In this document: positions 12,787 through 26,200 of the stretch, piece after piece
How positions within the stretch are numbered: position 1 is the first letter of the stretch
Layout: each line of letters opens with the position of its first letter
Source: Macrostomum lignano
Taxonomy: Eukaryota
Direction: 5' to 3'
Length of the DNA: 64,000 bases
Assembly (NCBI GenBank): GCA_002269645.1
Contig: NIVC01001049.1
Span: 186,001-250,000 of the forward strand
Translations under genes and position numbers: made by a program
Notes under the pieces: model-generated
Told to the model about the DNA's origin: nothing
The model's input: only the letters and a program-made list of their open reading frames with translations
The model's database searches: none

Positions 12787-15046
12787 TTAGAGATGAAGTT
12801 GAGATGAAGCTGGGGCGACCGAGGCCTCAGTCCTGCTTCCGGCAGTCCTCGCTTCTGGAAAATTTTGACAGCAGCTGCTGAGAAATCATGCGGATCAGGG
12901 AAAGATTACTGAAGCCTTGCTGAAGGCAATGCCTTCCCGGCGTTGGGAAGATGCATATCCATGTTCAAACCTATTCAAACATGTACATATCCAAACCTGA
13001 AAACATTCAAGAGACATCCTGAAGACATCCTAAATCAACCTGAAGACATCCTGAAGACATCCTAAATGCATCCTGAAGACATCCTGAAGACATCATAAAT
13101 GCATCCTAGGTATACCTGACATCCTGACTACGGTAGACATCCTGAAGACATCCTAAATGCATCCTGAAGACATCCTAAATGCATCCTGAAGACATCATAA
13201 ATATATCCTGAAGACATCCCTGAAGACATCCTAAATGCATCCTGAAGACATCCTAAATGCATCCTGAAGACATCCTAAATGCATCCTGAAGACATACTGA
13301 AGTCATCCTGAATACACCCTGAAAAGCCATCAGGCGCTCACCTCTGCTCCTTGCTCTCGAAGGCGGGCCTGGCGTTGGCGTCCATGTGCCGGTGGAAGTG
13401 CTCGATGAGGCTCTCAGCGTCCTCGCTGCGGTGGAACTCCACCTGGGCGGAGCGCTTGTCGGGGTCCACGCGAGCCCGCCTGATGGGGTCCCTGGCGCCG
13501 CAGCCGGGCAGAACGAAGGTGCGGATGTACTGGCACAGCGCGTCCTTGGCCAGCAGGAAGTACGGCAGCGAGGTGATGTACACGTTGTGCTTTGAGTAGG
13601 TCTTCGGGTTGCACCAGCACGGAGCCAGGGCGCCAACCCGCTGCGCGCTGTCCAGGTACAGCTGGGCGTCGCTGCGGTCTCGGAAGTAGATGTGGATGAA
13701 CTCTGAGGGGCGTGGAGTGAGGGGTGAGACTAGATGGACTCGGGAAGAGACTAGATGGACTCGAGATGAGACTAGATGGACTCGGGATGAGACTAGATGG
13801 TCTCAGGGTGAGGGTTTGAAACGAGAGTACGCGTATATAAAGAAACTATGTCGAAAGATCCCGCAGTCCCAGATCCCGCAGTCCCAGATCCCGCAGTCCC
13901 AGATCCCGCAGTCCCAGATCCCGCAGTCCCAGATCCCGCAGTACCAGATCCCGCAGTCCCAGATCCCGCAGTACCAGATCCCGCAGTCCCAGATCCCGCA
14001 GTCCCAGATCCCGCAGTCCCAGATCCCGCAGTCCCAGATCCCGCAGTACCAGATCCCGCAGTCCCAGATCTCGCAGTCACAGATCCCGGAGTCCCAGATC
14101 CCACAGTCCCAGATCCCGCGGTCCCAGATCCGCAGGCCCAGATCCCGCAGGCTGCTCACTGGCCAGCTCGCCCTCCTTGCTTCTGTTCAGCTTGATGAAG
14201 ACATTCTCGTGCACCGGGTAGTCGGGGCCGAACACCTGCCTGAGCACCAAGTACTCCGCCAGGATGGTGTTGAACTCGGCATCGGCGGACAGCACCATGC
14301 TGTGCAGGCGGCGGTCGATCTCCCGCATCTTGTACAGGCAGGCCACCCGCCCGTCCAGCACGAAGGGCGGCTTCTCGCTGTACCACTTCACCAGCTGCGG
14401 GAGAGCGGGCAGGGCGGGGCCTTCCAGCTCAGCATCCATACTCTACCGATACTACTGCCGATTCCATAAGTAGTCTAAATGAATTCAGTTAATTGCAGCG
14501 TCACTCACGTCGAAGCCGGGCATCAGGCAGAGCTGCTGGCACGATGCCGCCGCAGCCGCCGCCGCCGCCGCCGCCTGCTGCTCGCCGAGCATGTCGCCGA
14601 ACAGGCCGGAGGCGGCGGCGGCTGCAGCGGCGGCCGCTCCGCCACCACCGGCGGCGCCAGCGGCAGGTGCTGCCAGTGGGCGGCCGCCGCCGCCTGCAGT
14701 TGCGCCTGCTGCGGCTGCAGGAGGTGCAGCGGGTAGGTCTGCGCCAGCAGCCCCGGCGCCATGGCCAGCGGCCCCGGGCCAGCAGCGGCCCGCCCGGGTA
14801 CAGGCAGTGCGCCGCGCCTCCACCGCTACCGCCACCGCCACCGCCGCTGCCGCCAGTCCCACCGGCTCCGCCTCCGCCGGCCCCGGTGGCAGCCGAGATG
14901 ACCGGCGCTGGCAGCTGCGGCTCCCAGAGGCTGCTGGCCGCTGCCGCCGCCGCAGCCGCAGCCGCCGCCACGGCCGCCTCGGCGGAGGCCTCGTGATGGC
15001 AGAGCGGCGACGCGGAGTGCTGAATGGCCGGATGGTGGCAGTTCAT
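12787..15046 (-). CDS. Protein with low-complexity Ala/Gly/Gln N-terminus and two divergent RRM-like domains; exons 15046-14509, 14442-14160, 13702-13342, putative 12877-12787
   Basis: Splice phases fit (0,1,2) with GTGAG donors. RRM-like segments: KFIHIYFRDRSDAQLYL and HNVYITSLP...IRRARVDPDKRSAQVEFHRSEDAESLI. Exon 1 needs two single-base insertions (538+2=540 nt) to stay in frame. The terminal exon is tentative. Confidence 0.7.
13005..13320. repeat. 22-bp intronic minisatellite (CATCCTGAAGACATCCTAAATG)
   Basis: Visible directly. Confidence 0.92.
13725..14150. repeat. Intronic 21-bp (GAGACTAGATGGACTCGGGAT, 13725-13800) and 15-bp (CCAGATCCCGCAGTC, 13855-14150) arrays
   Basis: Visible directly. 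Confidence 0.93.
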
Positions 15047-16214
15047 CGCTGGTGCTGCTGGCTGGTGCTGGTGAAGTCTGCGACAGGAGAGGATGGAGGG
15101 CCGGCTGCAGGTTCAGTTCTATTCAAGCTCGGCCGCCACCCCAGTCAGAGTGGAGATACAGCCAGGCTGGCGGGTCGGGGGGGGAGACAGCAGTGGCGCG
15201 CTATTCGATATCAGCTCGAGCCGGGTTGGAGGGGTTAAAGGAGACAGTTGGAGCGCGAAAATATTATTATTGTTCAGTCGCGGGCTGCTACAGTGGCTGT
15301 GTGGGAACGGAGGCAGCCAGAGGACACCCCAGCATGTGGCAGATCTCGCTCACTGCGCACAGCTCCAGCCGAGTTCGAAAACTTCTCTTTTATTCGAAAC
15401 TTCTTCTAACTGAGGCGCGGAATTGGAATAAAAATCAGGCAGAATTTGCGCGGCCCCGAGCTTACCGTGGCTGGCTTTGGTTTGCCCCGAAGTTTCCAAC
15501 AGGATCGGCGCCGCCTTCGGTTGCGTGCGAATTCAGCTGGGAGAGCCGCAGAGTGGAGCAGCACGCAGAGAGAGAGAGAGAGATGACTTCCAGCGCATAA
15601 ATCCGAGTATTCGCAACTGCGACTGTTTAGACAGGGGAGGGGGGTGGCGGGGCAGCGGCCCAGATGCAGCTCTCCGATAAGCAGCACCAATGCAGCGGAT
15701 GCGTCAGCCTGACAACCCCCCAGTTATTACTTCTAACAACCGGCAGCGCCAGTGCTGAGAGATTCCAAACGCCCTGGCGGTGGCTCCGGAAGGGCGGAGT
15801 CACAGAGCCAGTGCAGCTGCACAGCCCCCGCCACCCCAGCCCAGATCGATGCAGGCCTGAGATAGCGGCGGCGCTGTGCTGACGGCCAGGGACAGCTGGG
15901 CACAGAGGTTGGAGCAGCAGGTCTTCACGAGTGTTTATTATGTATTACAGGAAGTGGCCGAATGCAGTTCGCGTCAAATTCGAAATATTCGATTTTATGT
16001 GCCCTCTGGATCTGGGTTTTACCGTCTAAATAAAAAACTGCCATCTGACATTGTTAGTGTAGAAAATTTGCCAGCCGTCAAGAAACTCATGAGTTTGGAA
16101 TTTTCATTGGGGTGCCAAGTACAATAGTTGCTGGGGAACTGCTGAAATTGGGATCAGGGCGTCAAAACAGTTGGCAAAGGGGTCCCATCGGTTTTACAGC
16201 CGATTGGGGCGCCC

Positions 16215-17015
16215 CCATGACCACCCTGGTTTATGTCCCCCATGACTCCCTCTAACTACGCTCCCATGACCCCCTCTGACTACGCCCCCATGACCCCTTC
16301 TGGCTCGCCCCCCATGACCCCTCTGGCTATGCCCTCACGACTCCCTCTGACTACGCCCCCATGTCCCATGACCCCCTCTGACTAAGCCCCATGACCCCCT
16401 CTGACTACGCCCCATGACCCCTCTGACCCCATCTGGCTCGCCCCCATGACCCCTCTGGCTATGCCCTCACGACTCCCTTTGACTACGCACCCCATGACCC
16501 CCTCTGACTACGCTCCCATGACCCCTTCTGGCTATGCCCTCATGACTCCTGGCTCGCCCCCCATGACCCCTCTGACCCCATCTGGCTCGCCCCCATGACC
16601 CCTCTGGCTATGCCCTCACGACTCCCTTTGACTACGCCCCCATGACCCCCTCTGACTAGGCCCCATGATCCCTTCTGGCTGCCCCCCATGACACCTGACT
16701 ACGCCTCGATGACCTACCCTCTCTGGCTGCCTTCCATGACCCTCTCTGGCTGCCTCCCATGACCCCCTCTGGCTGCCTCCCATGACCCCCTCTGGCTGCC
16801 TCCCATGACCCCCCTCTGGCTGCCTCCTATGACCCCGCTCTGGCTGCCTCCCATGACCCCCTCTGGCTGCCTCCCATGACCCCCCTCTGGCTGCCTCCCA
16901 TGACCCCCTCTGGCTGCCTCTCATGACCCCCTCTGGCTGCCTCCCATGACCCCCTCTGGCTGCCTCCCATGACCCCCCTCTGGCTGCCTCCCATGACCCC
17001 GCTCTGGCTACTCTG
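16215..17015. repeat. ~23-25-bp C-rich minisatellite (CCATGACCCCCTCTGGCTGCCTC)
   Basis: Degenerate on the left, homogeneous on the right. Confidence 0.93.
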
Positions 17016-17775
17016 GCTACGAATGAATGCATCGATGAACTGCCAGGTCCTGGACTCGAGCCGCACCTTTTGTAACAAAATCAGGCTTTTACTGCCAGTC
17101 CAGATGTTGGATTCCGATGTCCCTGGCCAGCCAAGCCTTCATCACCAAACTTAACTGTTCAGCCAGCTAACAGGCGAAAAGTTCTGCATCACGCTACCCC
17201 CCCTCGAGCCAGCGAATTCAGTTCGCTCGCAGCATCATCAACACTAACCAGGCAAGTAGCAAAGCTGCTGAAGACGCTGAAAGCAGCAGACTTGTATCCG
17301 AAAGCGCTTCAACAGGAAAAAGTGAGAAATTTTATTACAATAAAATGTCAAGGATTAGCTTAGCTCTGAAGTGTCTCCTACATGGTGCATATATTTGATT
17401 ATGAACTCCATCATTCACACCTGGCAAAGTGTTGGCCGATGAGCAGAAAATATCAGATAATAAAAGTTGAGCTGTCGGACTAAATACGGCACAGTGGCAC
17501 AATGTCTCGAGATAGCAAACAAAAATGAAATAAAAACAAAAATAGCCCGACTCAGTTCTGTGAATAATTAATTAAAGAAAGCATACGGATCGATGAGGCC
17601 TCGGAGACTGAGCAGGTTTGCAACATATTTACGGAATGTAATGGAAATCTTGTCTATACTGGAATGGCAGAGGGTGTGGCTGAGCAGCTTGGAAACAAAT
17701 AAACAGACACGCCAGCAGGCAGGGGGCGCTGCGGACTGGCGGACCAGAAAATGAAAGCAAAGAGGAACCAGCAGG

Positions 17776-20700
17776 TCAGCCGGGCTGCTGTTTGGCCTGG
17801 CGAGCCTTCAGCTGAGGGTCCACGGCGGCAGTCCGCGGTGTCCGAGGCGTCGCCGAGGCTGGCCGGCGGGGGCTGGCGGAGCCGCCTTGGGCCCGCTTTG
17901 CGGCTGCGGCGGCTGGCGAGGAGGCGGCGGGGGCAGCGGCGGTGCCCAGAGCCCGGGTGACCGCAATGGGACGGACTCGCATCTTCACCTGACAGGGTTT
18001 GATTGGGTGGGCGTGATGGAGTGAACAGTGAACTAGTGACTGTGAGGGAGACGGAGTGAACTGCCTAATCTATAGAGTGAACCCCAATCCACAGAGTGAA
18101 CTCCCCAATCTACAGAGTGAACTCCCCAATCCACAGAGTGAACTCCCCAATCCACAGAGTGAACTACCCAATCCACAGAGTGAACTCCCCAACCAACAGC
18201 TCACCTGGTGCACGTCCTGTCTCAGCCGGCCATTTCCCGGAAAGCCGTCCAGCCGCCGCAGCAAGTCGGTCCTGAGCTTGGCCGGCAGGGGGCAGCCGGT
18301 GTCCAGCAGCTGCTGCACAAAATAGTACAGCACGGTGCCGCCGGCGCTGTGCGGCAGCCTGCGGGTGAGGCTGGCCACCACGATGCGCTGCAGGCGGTCG
18401 TTCCACACGCGCACCAGCCAGTCCACCACCTGGCGGCTGGCGGTCTCCAGATCGGCGTCAGGCGGCGGCGTCGGGCAGTCGACCAGGAGCGCCGGGCCGA
18501 CCTGCTCCGTGGGCGACTCCGGACTGACCAGCGCCTGCAGCTGCTTGTTGAAGCGGTCGGGCAGGCCGGACAGCCAGTCCAGCAGGTCCTGCGCGCTGGG
18601 CGCCGGCTGCGACACCGAGCTGCCAGCCGCTGCTGCTGCTGCCGCACCGCGACCGGGGGAGGCTGGCGACAGCAGGGGGGGGGCAGGAAGAGGGCTTTTT
18701 ACTGTCTGGTGCTCGATTCCCCAGATCAGCACGTGAAACCCTTTCACAGTATGGTCTGCCTCCCTTCTGTCCCACACCCTCTCCTGATCTCTGACCTCCC
18801 CACCTTCCCTCCCTGACCTTCCCACCTGTCCCTCCCTGACCTCCCCACCTTCCCCTCCCTGACCTCCCCACCTTCCGCTCCCTGACCTTCCTACCTGTCC
18901 CTCCCTGACCTTCCCACCTGTCCCTCCCTGACCTTCCTACCTGTCCCTCCCTGACCTTCCCACCTGTCCCACCCTGACCTTCCCACCTGTCCCTCCCTGA
19001 CCTCCCCACCTTCCCCTCCCTGACCTCCCCACCTTCCTCTCCCTGACCTCCCCACCTTCCTCTCCCTGACCTCCCCACCTTCCTCTCCCTGACCTCCCTA
19101 ACTTCCTCTCCCTGACCTCCCCACCTGTCCCTCCCTGACCTCCCCACCTTCCCCTCTCTGACCTCCCCACCTTCCCCTCCCTGACCTCCCCACCTTCCCC
19201 TCTCTGACCTTCCCACCTGTCCCTCCCTGACCTCCCCACCTGTCCCTCCCTGACCTCCCCACCTTCCCCTCCCTGACCTCCCCACCTTCCTCTCCCTGAC
19301 CTCCCCACCTTCCTCTCCCTGACCTCCCTAACTTCCTCTCCCTGACCTCCCCACCTGTCCCTCCCTGACCTCCCCACCTTCCCCTCTCTGACCTCCCCAC
19401 CTTCCCCTCCCTGACCTCCCCACCTTCCCCTCTCTGACCTTCCCACCTGTCCCTCCCTGACCTCCCCACCTGTCCCTCCCTGACCTCCCCACCTTCCCCT
19501 CCCTGACCTCCCCACCTGTCCCTCCCTGACCTCCCCACCTGTCCCTCCCTGACCTCCCCACCTGTCCCTCCCTGACCTCCATAAAACTCACCCGAAGCCG
19601 CGCTCGCACCCCGAGCGCTTCGTTTTGCCGTTGCCGCAGCGCCATTTTTGCTGGCAGCGGAGGGCTTCTGTTCGCAGTTAGAAAGAGATCGGAGGGGGGG
19701 AGGTGCAAGCGATTAAGCAGCAGAAATGCCCAGCTTCACTCACTCTCCGCTTTACTGCAAACATCTCACCTGCTGAGCCTTCTGAAGCTGCTGCTGCTGC
19801 TGAGCCGGCGGTCCGCGGTTCGCCGGCCGAGCGGCGGCAGACGCCGGCGAGGAGCTCAAAGGCCGCCGGTCGGTCCGCTTCGACCCCGCTGACGCAGCCG
19901 CAGCTGAAGCCGAAGACGCAGTCACAGCTGCCGCCGGCTCGGCAGCGGTTGAGGCGGACGGAGCTGCAGCGGCTGCTGGGGCGGCGGGCTCAGCAGCGGC
20001 GTCGTTGGCGGCCAGCAGCAGCTGCAGCCGCTTGACCTCCTGCGCGAGCCGCTCCGCGTTGCGCCGCTCTAAACGAAGGGTGGCGGCGCATTCCGCCGAC
20101 TTGCAGCTGCCCGGCGTCTGCAGTGGGAACCAGTGCGAATCGACCCTAGCAACCAGTCCCATAGCAAAAAATATATCCATAGCAACCAGTTTAATCCTAG
20201 CAACCGTAGCAAGCCTTGGATATCCGTATCGACGTTGATCAACGAAATAAAAAATCGCCATAGCAACCATATGGTCTCCACAACAACTCTTTGATCGCCA
20301 TAGCAACCATATGGTCTCCACAATAACTCTTTGATCGCCATAGCAACCATATGGTCTCCAAAGCAACTCTTTGATCTCCATAGCAACTATTTTATCTCCA
20401 TAGCAACCATTGATCTCCATAGCAACTCTTTGATCTTCACAGCAACCATATGGTCTTCATAGCAACTACATGATCTTCATAGCAACTCTAGGATACCATA
20501 GCAACCGTAGGGTCACCATAGCAACTCTAGGATCCCATAGCAACTCTAGGATCCCATAGCAACTCTAGGATTCCATAGCAACTCTAGGATCTCATAGCAA
20601 CCGTAGGATCACCATAGCAACTCTAGGATCTCATAGCAACCGTAGGATCACCATAGCAACTCTAGGATTTCATAGCAACCGTAGGATCACCATAACAACT

Positions 20701-22230
20701 ACATGGTCTTTATATCAACTCTTGGAGCCCATAGAAATTCTAGGATTTTCATATTAACTCTGGGAATATCGAAGCAACCGTAGGATCGCCATAGCAACCG
20801 TAGGAGCGCCATAGCAACCGTAGGAGCGCCATAGCAACCGTAGGAGCGCCATAGCAACCGTAGGAGCGCCATAGCAACCGTAGGAGCGCCATAGCAACCG
20901 TAGGAGCGCCATAGTAAAAGTAGGAGCGCCATAGCAATCGTAGGATCACAATAGCAACGCCAGTAAAATCTTAACAAGCATAACTTCCCAATCCCCGATC
21001 TGACACTGGAGCAGTTCACAGTTCGCTCACAGCAGCTTCGCCGCTGGCTGCCCGCAGCCGCCTGATCTCCTGCAGCATCTTAACGATGATCCGCTTGAGC
21101 CTCTCCGGCTCCTCCCCGGCTGGCAGGCGCCGCTCCTCCAGCTGAGCGCAGCGGGTGCGCAGAGCCTCCAGCCTGCGGAGGGTGCAGTCGGTCAGCACCC
21201 GCTGCTGCTGGGCGTCGGCGCGGGCCTCCGCCAAGGCGACCGCGGCAGCTGCCGCCTCCTGCGTCAGGCAGCGGCTGCGGTGGCGCTCGCGACTGAGCTG
21301 GGACCGAGGGAAGGAGGAAAACAGAATGATAAAATGAGAATTCTTGGTTGAAAGGAGTCAAAACTTAACAATGCTACTATTAGTAGGCCAAATCTGACTT
21401 TTATTTTGCCTTACCTCATCTTGCAAGGCCTCCAATTCCTGTGGTTTGCCGTCATCCAAGGCTGCTGCGGTTCGCCTCTGACGTTCCGATTGAAGCTCTG
21501 AGGAAACCTGTGGGTAAAGAGAGGGATGGGCCGGTTTGAGGGAGACTGGAGGGGTGCAGGGGTTAAGCTAGGGTGCAGGGGTTAAGCTGGGGTGCAGGGG
21601 TTAAGCTAGGGTGCAGGGTTGCAGGGGTTAAGATGGGGTGCAGGGGTGCAGGGGTTAAGCTGGGGTGCAGGGGTTAAGCTGGGGTGCAGGGGTTAAGCTG
21701 GGGTGCAGGGGTTAAGATGGGGTGCAGGGTTGCAGGGGTTAAGATGGGGTGCAGGGGTTAAGATGGGGTGCAGGGGTTAAGCTGGGGTGCAGGGGTTAAG
21801 TTGGGGTGCAGGGGTTAAGCTGGGGTGCAGGGGTTAAGCTGGGGTGCAGGGGTTAAGCTGGGGTGCAGGGGTTAAGCTGGGGTGCAGGGGTTAAGCTGGG
21901 GTGCAGGGATTAAGCCAGGGTTGCAGGGACACAGCCGAGACTCGAACCTTCAAATACTGATCCTGCAGATTGTCAAGCTGGTCCTGCATTTTCTGTCTCG
22001 CCAGCCGCTGGGCTTCGATGAGGGCGTCGAGCGCGGCCATTTGTTCGTCGGGGCCGTCAGCGGCAGCAGCGGTGGCAGCGGGTTCACAGTAGGCATCGTC
22101 GGAGCGCAGCGCAGCGAACGGATCGCCGTCCCCGCACGGCCGGCGGTGCGCCTGCAGGCGGTGCTCCATCAATGGGTCGCGCGCATCGGCACACGGGGAG
22201 TCAGAGTGCGCTGCACTGCTGCCAAGTCTG
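17776..22230 (-). CDS. CTTNBP2: Cortactin-binding protein 2-like; exons ~22230-21948, 21507-21415, 21297-21031, 20117-19770, 19667-19592, 18662-18205, 17988-17776
   Basis: All six introns are GT-AG with compatible phases (0,0,0,0,1,0). N-terminal ADARDPLMEHRLQAHRR...DPFAALRSD...LDALIEAQRLARQKMQDQL resembles the CortBP2 coiled-coil motif. The exon VVDWLVRVWNDRLQRIV...LLDTGCPLP resembles the CTTNBP2/NAV C-terminal helical region. The start codon is uncertain. Confidence 0.72.
18075..18195. repeat. 21-bp intronic repeat (CAGAGTGAACTCCCCAATCCA)
   Basis: About 6 units. Confidence 0.9.
18790..19580. repeat. ~21-22-bp pyrimidine-rich intronic minisatellite (CCCTGACCTCCCCACCTT/GTCCCT)
   Basis: Visible directly. 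Confidence 0.94.
20145..20960. repeat. CCATAGCAAC-core intronic minisatellite (20-31-bp units)
   Basis: Visible directly. Confidence 0.92.
21550..21925. repeat. 19-bp intronic minisatellite (GGGGTTAAGCTGGGGTGCA)
   Basis: Visible directly. Confidence 0.94.
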
Positions 22231-23221
22231 CTGAAAGGCGTCGCTGGCAGATGCGGTCATTTGGAACAATTGGAGGTCGACAGACTACTTTAAGGCTTAG
22301 AAAAATATTATATTAGAAATATTAGACTTGTATTAAATATCAATGTTAACATAGCAGAGTATGATTGTGGAAAGCACTTTTTATCTTGAATACTTTAAAA
22401 AGTCAATTACCTGATCTAATCAGAGACAATCTTTTGTTTAATAATTTGTTAATAATAGAGAATCAAAAGCCAACTACTAATTAATATCCAATCAAGTTTT
22501 TATTGTCTCAAAAATTTAATTATTTAAAAAAATTAGTGAGATTATATACAAATAATGAATGCACAATATGCATAAATATGCATCATAGGTATAGTTAAAT
22601 GCTAGCAATAAATCTTATTTTTTAATAATAATATAGCCTATCTATTAAGGTGGCCCATAGCTCAATGAGTGAAAATACTGCAGTCTACCTTTACTTATAT
22701 TCCCTTTATCATAGTAGTTCATATACCAAATAATAGTATAATTGAAAAATATTTAGAGGTGCCACAAAAGACTAAATTAGGTAATATAACTAAGCTTTTA
22801 GGTTTTGCATTTTTCTTAAAAAATGCTGTCTTAGGCCTATTGCAATACCACTAAAACTTTAAAATTCATAGATTATGGAGGCAATGGAAATGACTGAAAG
22901 AACAGGGGCAAGGACAGCTACTTTTCTTCCAAAAAGTGACTTTTGACCACCCTGATATACATTCAACCTATATATAATAAAGTTATTTGTAATTATTTCA
23001 GGCTTAAGAAATATAATAAAAATAGAGGTTATTTAAATTATTACAATGTTACTTTATATTGGTTGATCTATCAAGGGCTAGGTCTATACTTAAAGTCAAT
23101 TATATATTATACACATTTATCAATTTGCATAAAAAAATTCTATATAGTCCAAAACTCCTAAGGGTAGATCAGAGGCAGATTGTTAAAAATTTAAATATTA
23201 TAAACAGATGTTTTTAGGTAC

Positions 23222-26200
23222 TGTTGTGTATGGCTTGTATGCCGGTTAGGGTTCTTGCGTTCTGATTGGCTGGGGGGTTTTGTCTGTTTGCCCAGACCGG
23301 CCTAGGCCGGGTAGGGGGTTTGCTGAATCATGCTGGATGGTAGGTAAATTATAATATAAGTGCGCACCGGCCTTTCAAGCCTTTGTTACTTTTCTACCCT
23401 GCAATCGCTTCTCGCATCGTATTCATTTGGCCATGAAAGTACAACATGGCGACGAGTCTGAGCATTTCCGAGCCACGCGTGTTTCTCGCCCACCCAGGAA
23501 AGCCACACACGCCTTGGAATCGTTGGATCGAAGGATTCAAGATTTACCTGGAGGCCTTGGATCTAAATGAAGCATCGGATGCACGCAAGAAGGCGATTCT
23601 CATTCATCTGCTAGGCGAGGAGGGCCAGAGAGTCTACGCGCTGAGGAATCTGCCCACAACGAGCGTTGATACGTTTGACAAGCTGGTGGCTGCACTGAAA
23701 ACGATCTTCGGTCAGTCGCACAGCACGATCAGCAACCGCTACAAGTTCAAGTCGCGCGCCCAGATGCCAGGCGAGCCAGTCAGCCAGTTCGTCGACGCCC
23801 TTCGAGAACTCGCGGCAGACTGCGAATATGGCGCTCTCCGTGACCAGATGAACCGGGACCAGATCATCGAGAAGACCCATTCGCCGCGCATCCGAGAGCG
23901 ACTGCTCATGGAGAAGGAGCTCGAGCTGGATAGGGCGATGACATTGGCGGTTCAGGTCAAATCTGCAATCAACGACGCCAAGAAGCTGCGCGACAGCAAG
24001 AGCGACAAGGATGAGTCCCGCATCCAGAAGGTCAGCCAGCGTATGCCATCACGCAAGGGACCCAAGCATGCGGCACCGCAGAAATCCGGCACAGAGACAC
24101 GGTGCGGCAACTGCGGGAGGGCCGGGCACGCTGCCCGCGCCTTAGAGTGTCCAGCGAAAGACAAGACCTGCTTGCACTGCCACAAGGTCGGACACTTCAA
24201 AGCTTGCTGCCGACAGCGACGCCAGGTTTGCACCGTAAAGGACGAAGACGACAAGCCATTCATAGTATCTGCAGTAGAATATGAAGCATTGTTCCTTAAC
24301 TTCGCGACGTGCAGCATCGCTGACATTGACGTCAGGCTCCTATTGGACACAGGCTCAAGAGTCAACATCATCAACGAGAAGACCATGAAACGCCTGCTGA
24401 AGCAACCGGTCATCACGCCGACTCCGAAGCAGCTGTTCTCGTACACAGGCTCTGCGATTGACGTGCTCAGGACCGCAGAGCTGTGCGTTGTGCACCGCGG
24501 CAAGTCCGCCATCTGCCGCTTCTTCATTGCACGACGAGGTGCCAACATCCTTGGTCTGGACAGCATGGACAAGCTGGGATTCTCAATCCGAGTCAACGCA
24601 ATCAACAACATCGATGATATCGCTGGAGAGTTCCCGGGAATCTTCGACGGCATCGGTATGGCCAAGAAGTTTTGCCATCGACCATAGCTGCGCTAGGATG
24701 CGACACTGACAGTTCAGCCGCTGCGCCGGGTGCCGCTGGCACTTCAGGACCGCGTGAAGGACGAGCTAAGCAAGATGGAGGCCGCAGGTGTCATCGAGAA
24801 GATTGATGCCTCTCCCTGGGTGTCCAATCTAGTCGTATCCAAGAAGAAGAATGGCGACCTGCGACTGTGCGTTGATCTGCGCAACTGCAACCAAGCGATC
24901 AACCCGGATAAGTTTCCCGTGCCGACCCAGGAGGAGCTGGCCGCAGAGTTTGCAGATGCGCAGATCTTCAGCAAGCTGGACCTGAAGCAAAGCTACCTGC
25001 AGATACCACTGCACCCCGGCAGTAGGCAGCTGACCGCGTTCATCACTCACTGCGGGCTCTACCAGTTCACGAGGGTCCCGTTTGGCATGTCCAGTTCTGG
25101 TGCCTGTTTTCAGAAAATCCTGTCAACCGTTCTGGCCGACATCAAGGGTGTCCGGCACTCAGTGGACGACATTGTCATTCACGGCGTCAACTCTGACGAG
25201 CACGGCAAGCGGCTTCAGACAGTACTCGAACGTCTCAGCGAAAACGGGCTGACGCTGAACAAGGAGAAATGCCAGATCGGCGTCCCGGAGATCGTGTTCT
25301 TGGGCTGCAGGATCTCAGCCGATGGAGTTCGACCGTCCAAGTCTAACATCGAAGATGTGCTCCGCATCCTGGCACTGACGACAGCACGGGGCGTCTCGTC
25401 ATTCCTGGCAACCGTCAACTACTTTGCCAAGTTCATACCTGACTTCGCCAAGACGGCGAGACCACTGCGAGAGCTGCTCAAGAAAGACACTGTCTTCCAA
25501 TGGACGAGCGAATGCAACGCTGCTTTCGCCAAGCTCAAGCAACAGCTGACGAGTCCGCCGGTGCAAAGCCACTTCGACTGCAACGCTGACACCATCGTCG
25601 AGTGCGACGCGTCTGATTTTGCGCTTGGCGCGGTGCTGCTTCAACGCGTAGGCTAGTCAGAGAAGCCGGTGGCCTACGCCTTGCGAGCACTGATGCCAAC
25701 GGAGTCCAGATACTCAGCTAGCGAGAAAGAGGCCCTGCGTGCATCTGGGCTCTCGAGCGTTGGCACATCTACACCTACGGCAAACGGCTGACTTTGCGCA
25801 CTGACCATTTGGCTCTCAAGGCACTGTTGTGTACCCAAGGCACCGGGCACAAGCCGCTGCGCATCCACCGATGGAATGACCGGCTCCTGCAGTACAACTT
25901 CAGCATCGAGTATAAGCCTGGAAAGGACAACGTTGTGCCAGACTTCCTGTCCCGTTTCGAGCAACCACCCGAGTCGACAGACAGCGACGATGACGACGAC
26001 GAGATCGCCGACATCCACCAGGTGCTAGACGGGATTCTATCGGCCGAGCTGCTGGACAAGCACTCGCAGGCCGATCCGCTCATTCGCAGTGTCTCCGCAA
26101 AGCTTCAAGCCAACTGGAAGGAGCCGCCAACAGATGAGGAGAAGATCTTCTTCAAGCTCCGAGACGAGATGTCAACGGTCGGCAACTTCCTGGTTCGCGG

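Noticed and set aside
15876-17330. Possible plus-strand exons (15876-16127, ~17090-17330)
   Set aside because: No consistent splice chain, start codon or recognisable domain.
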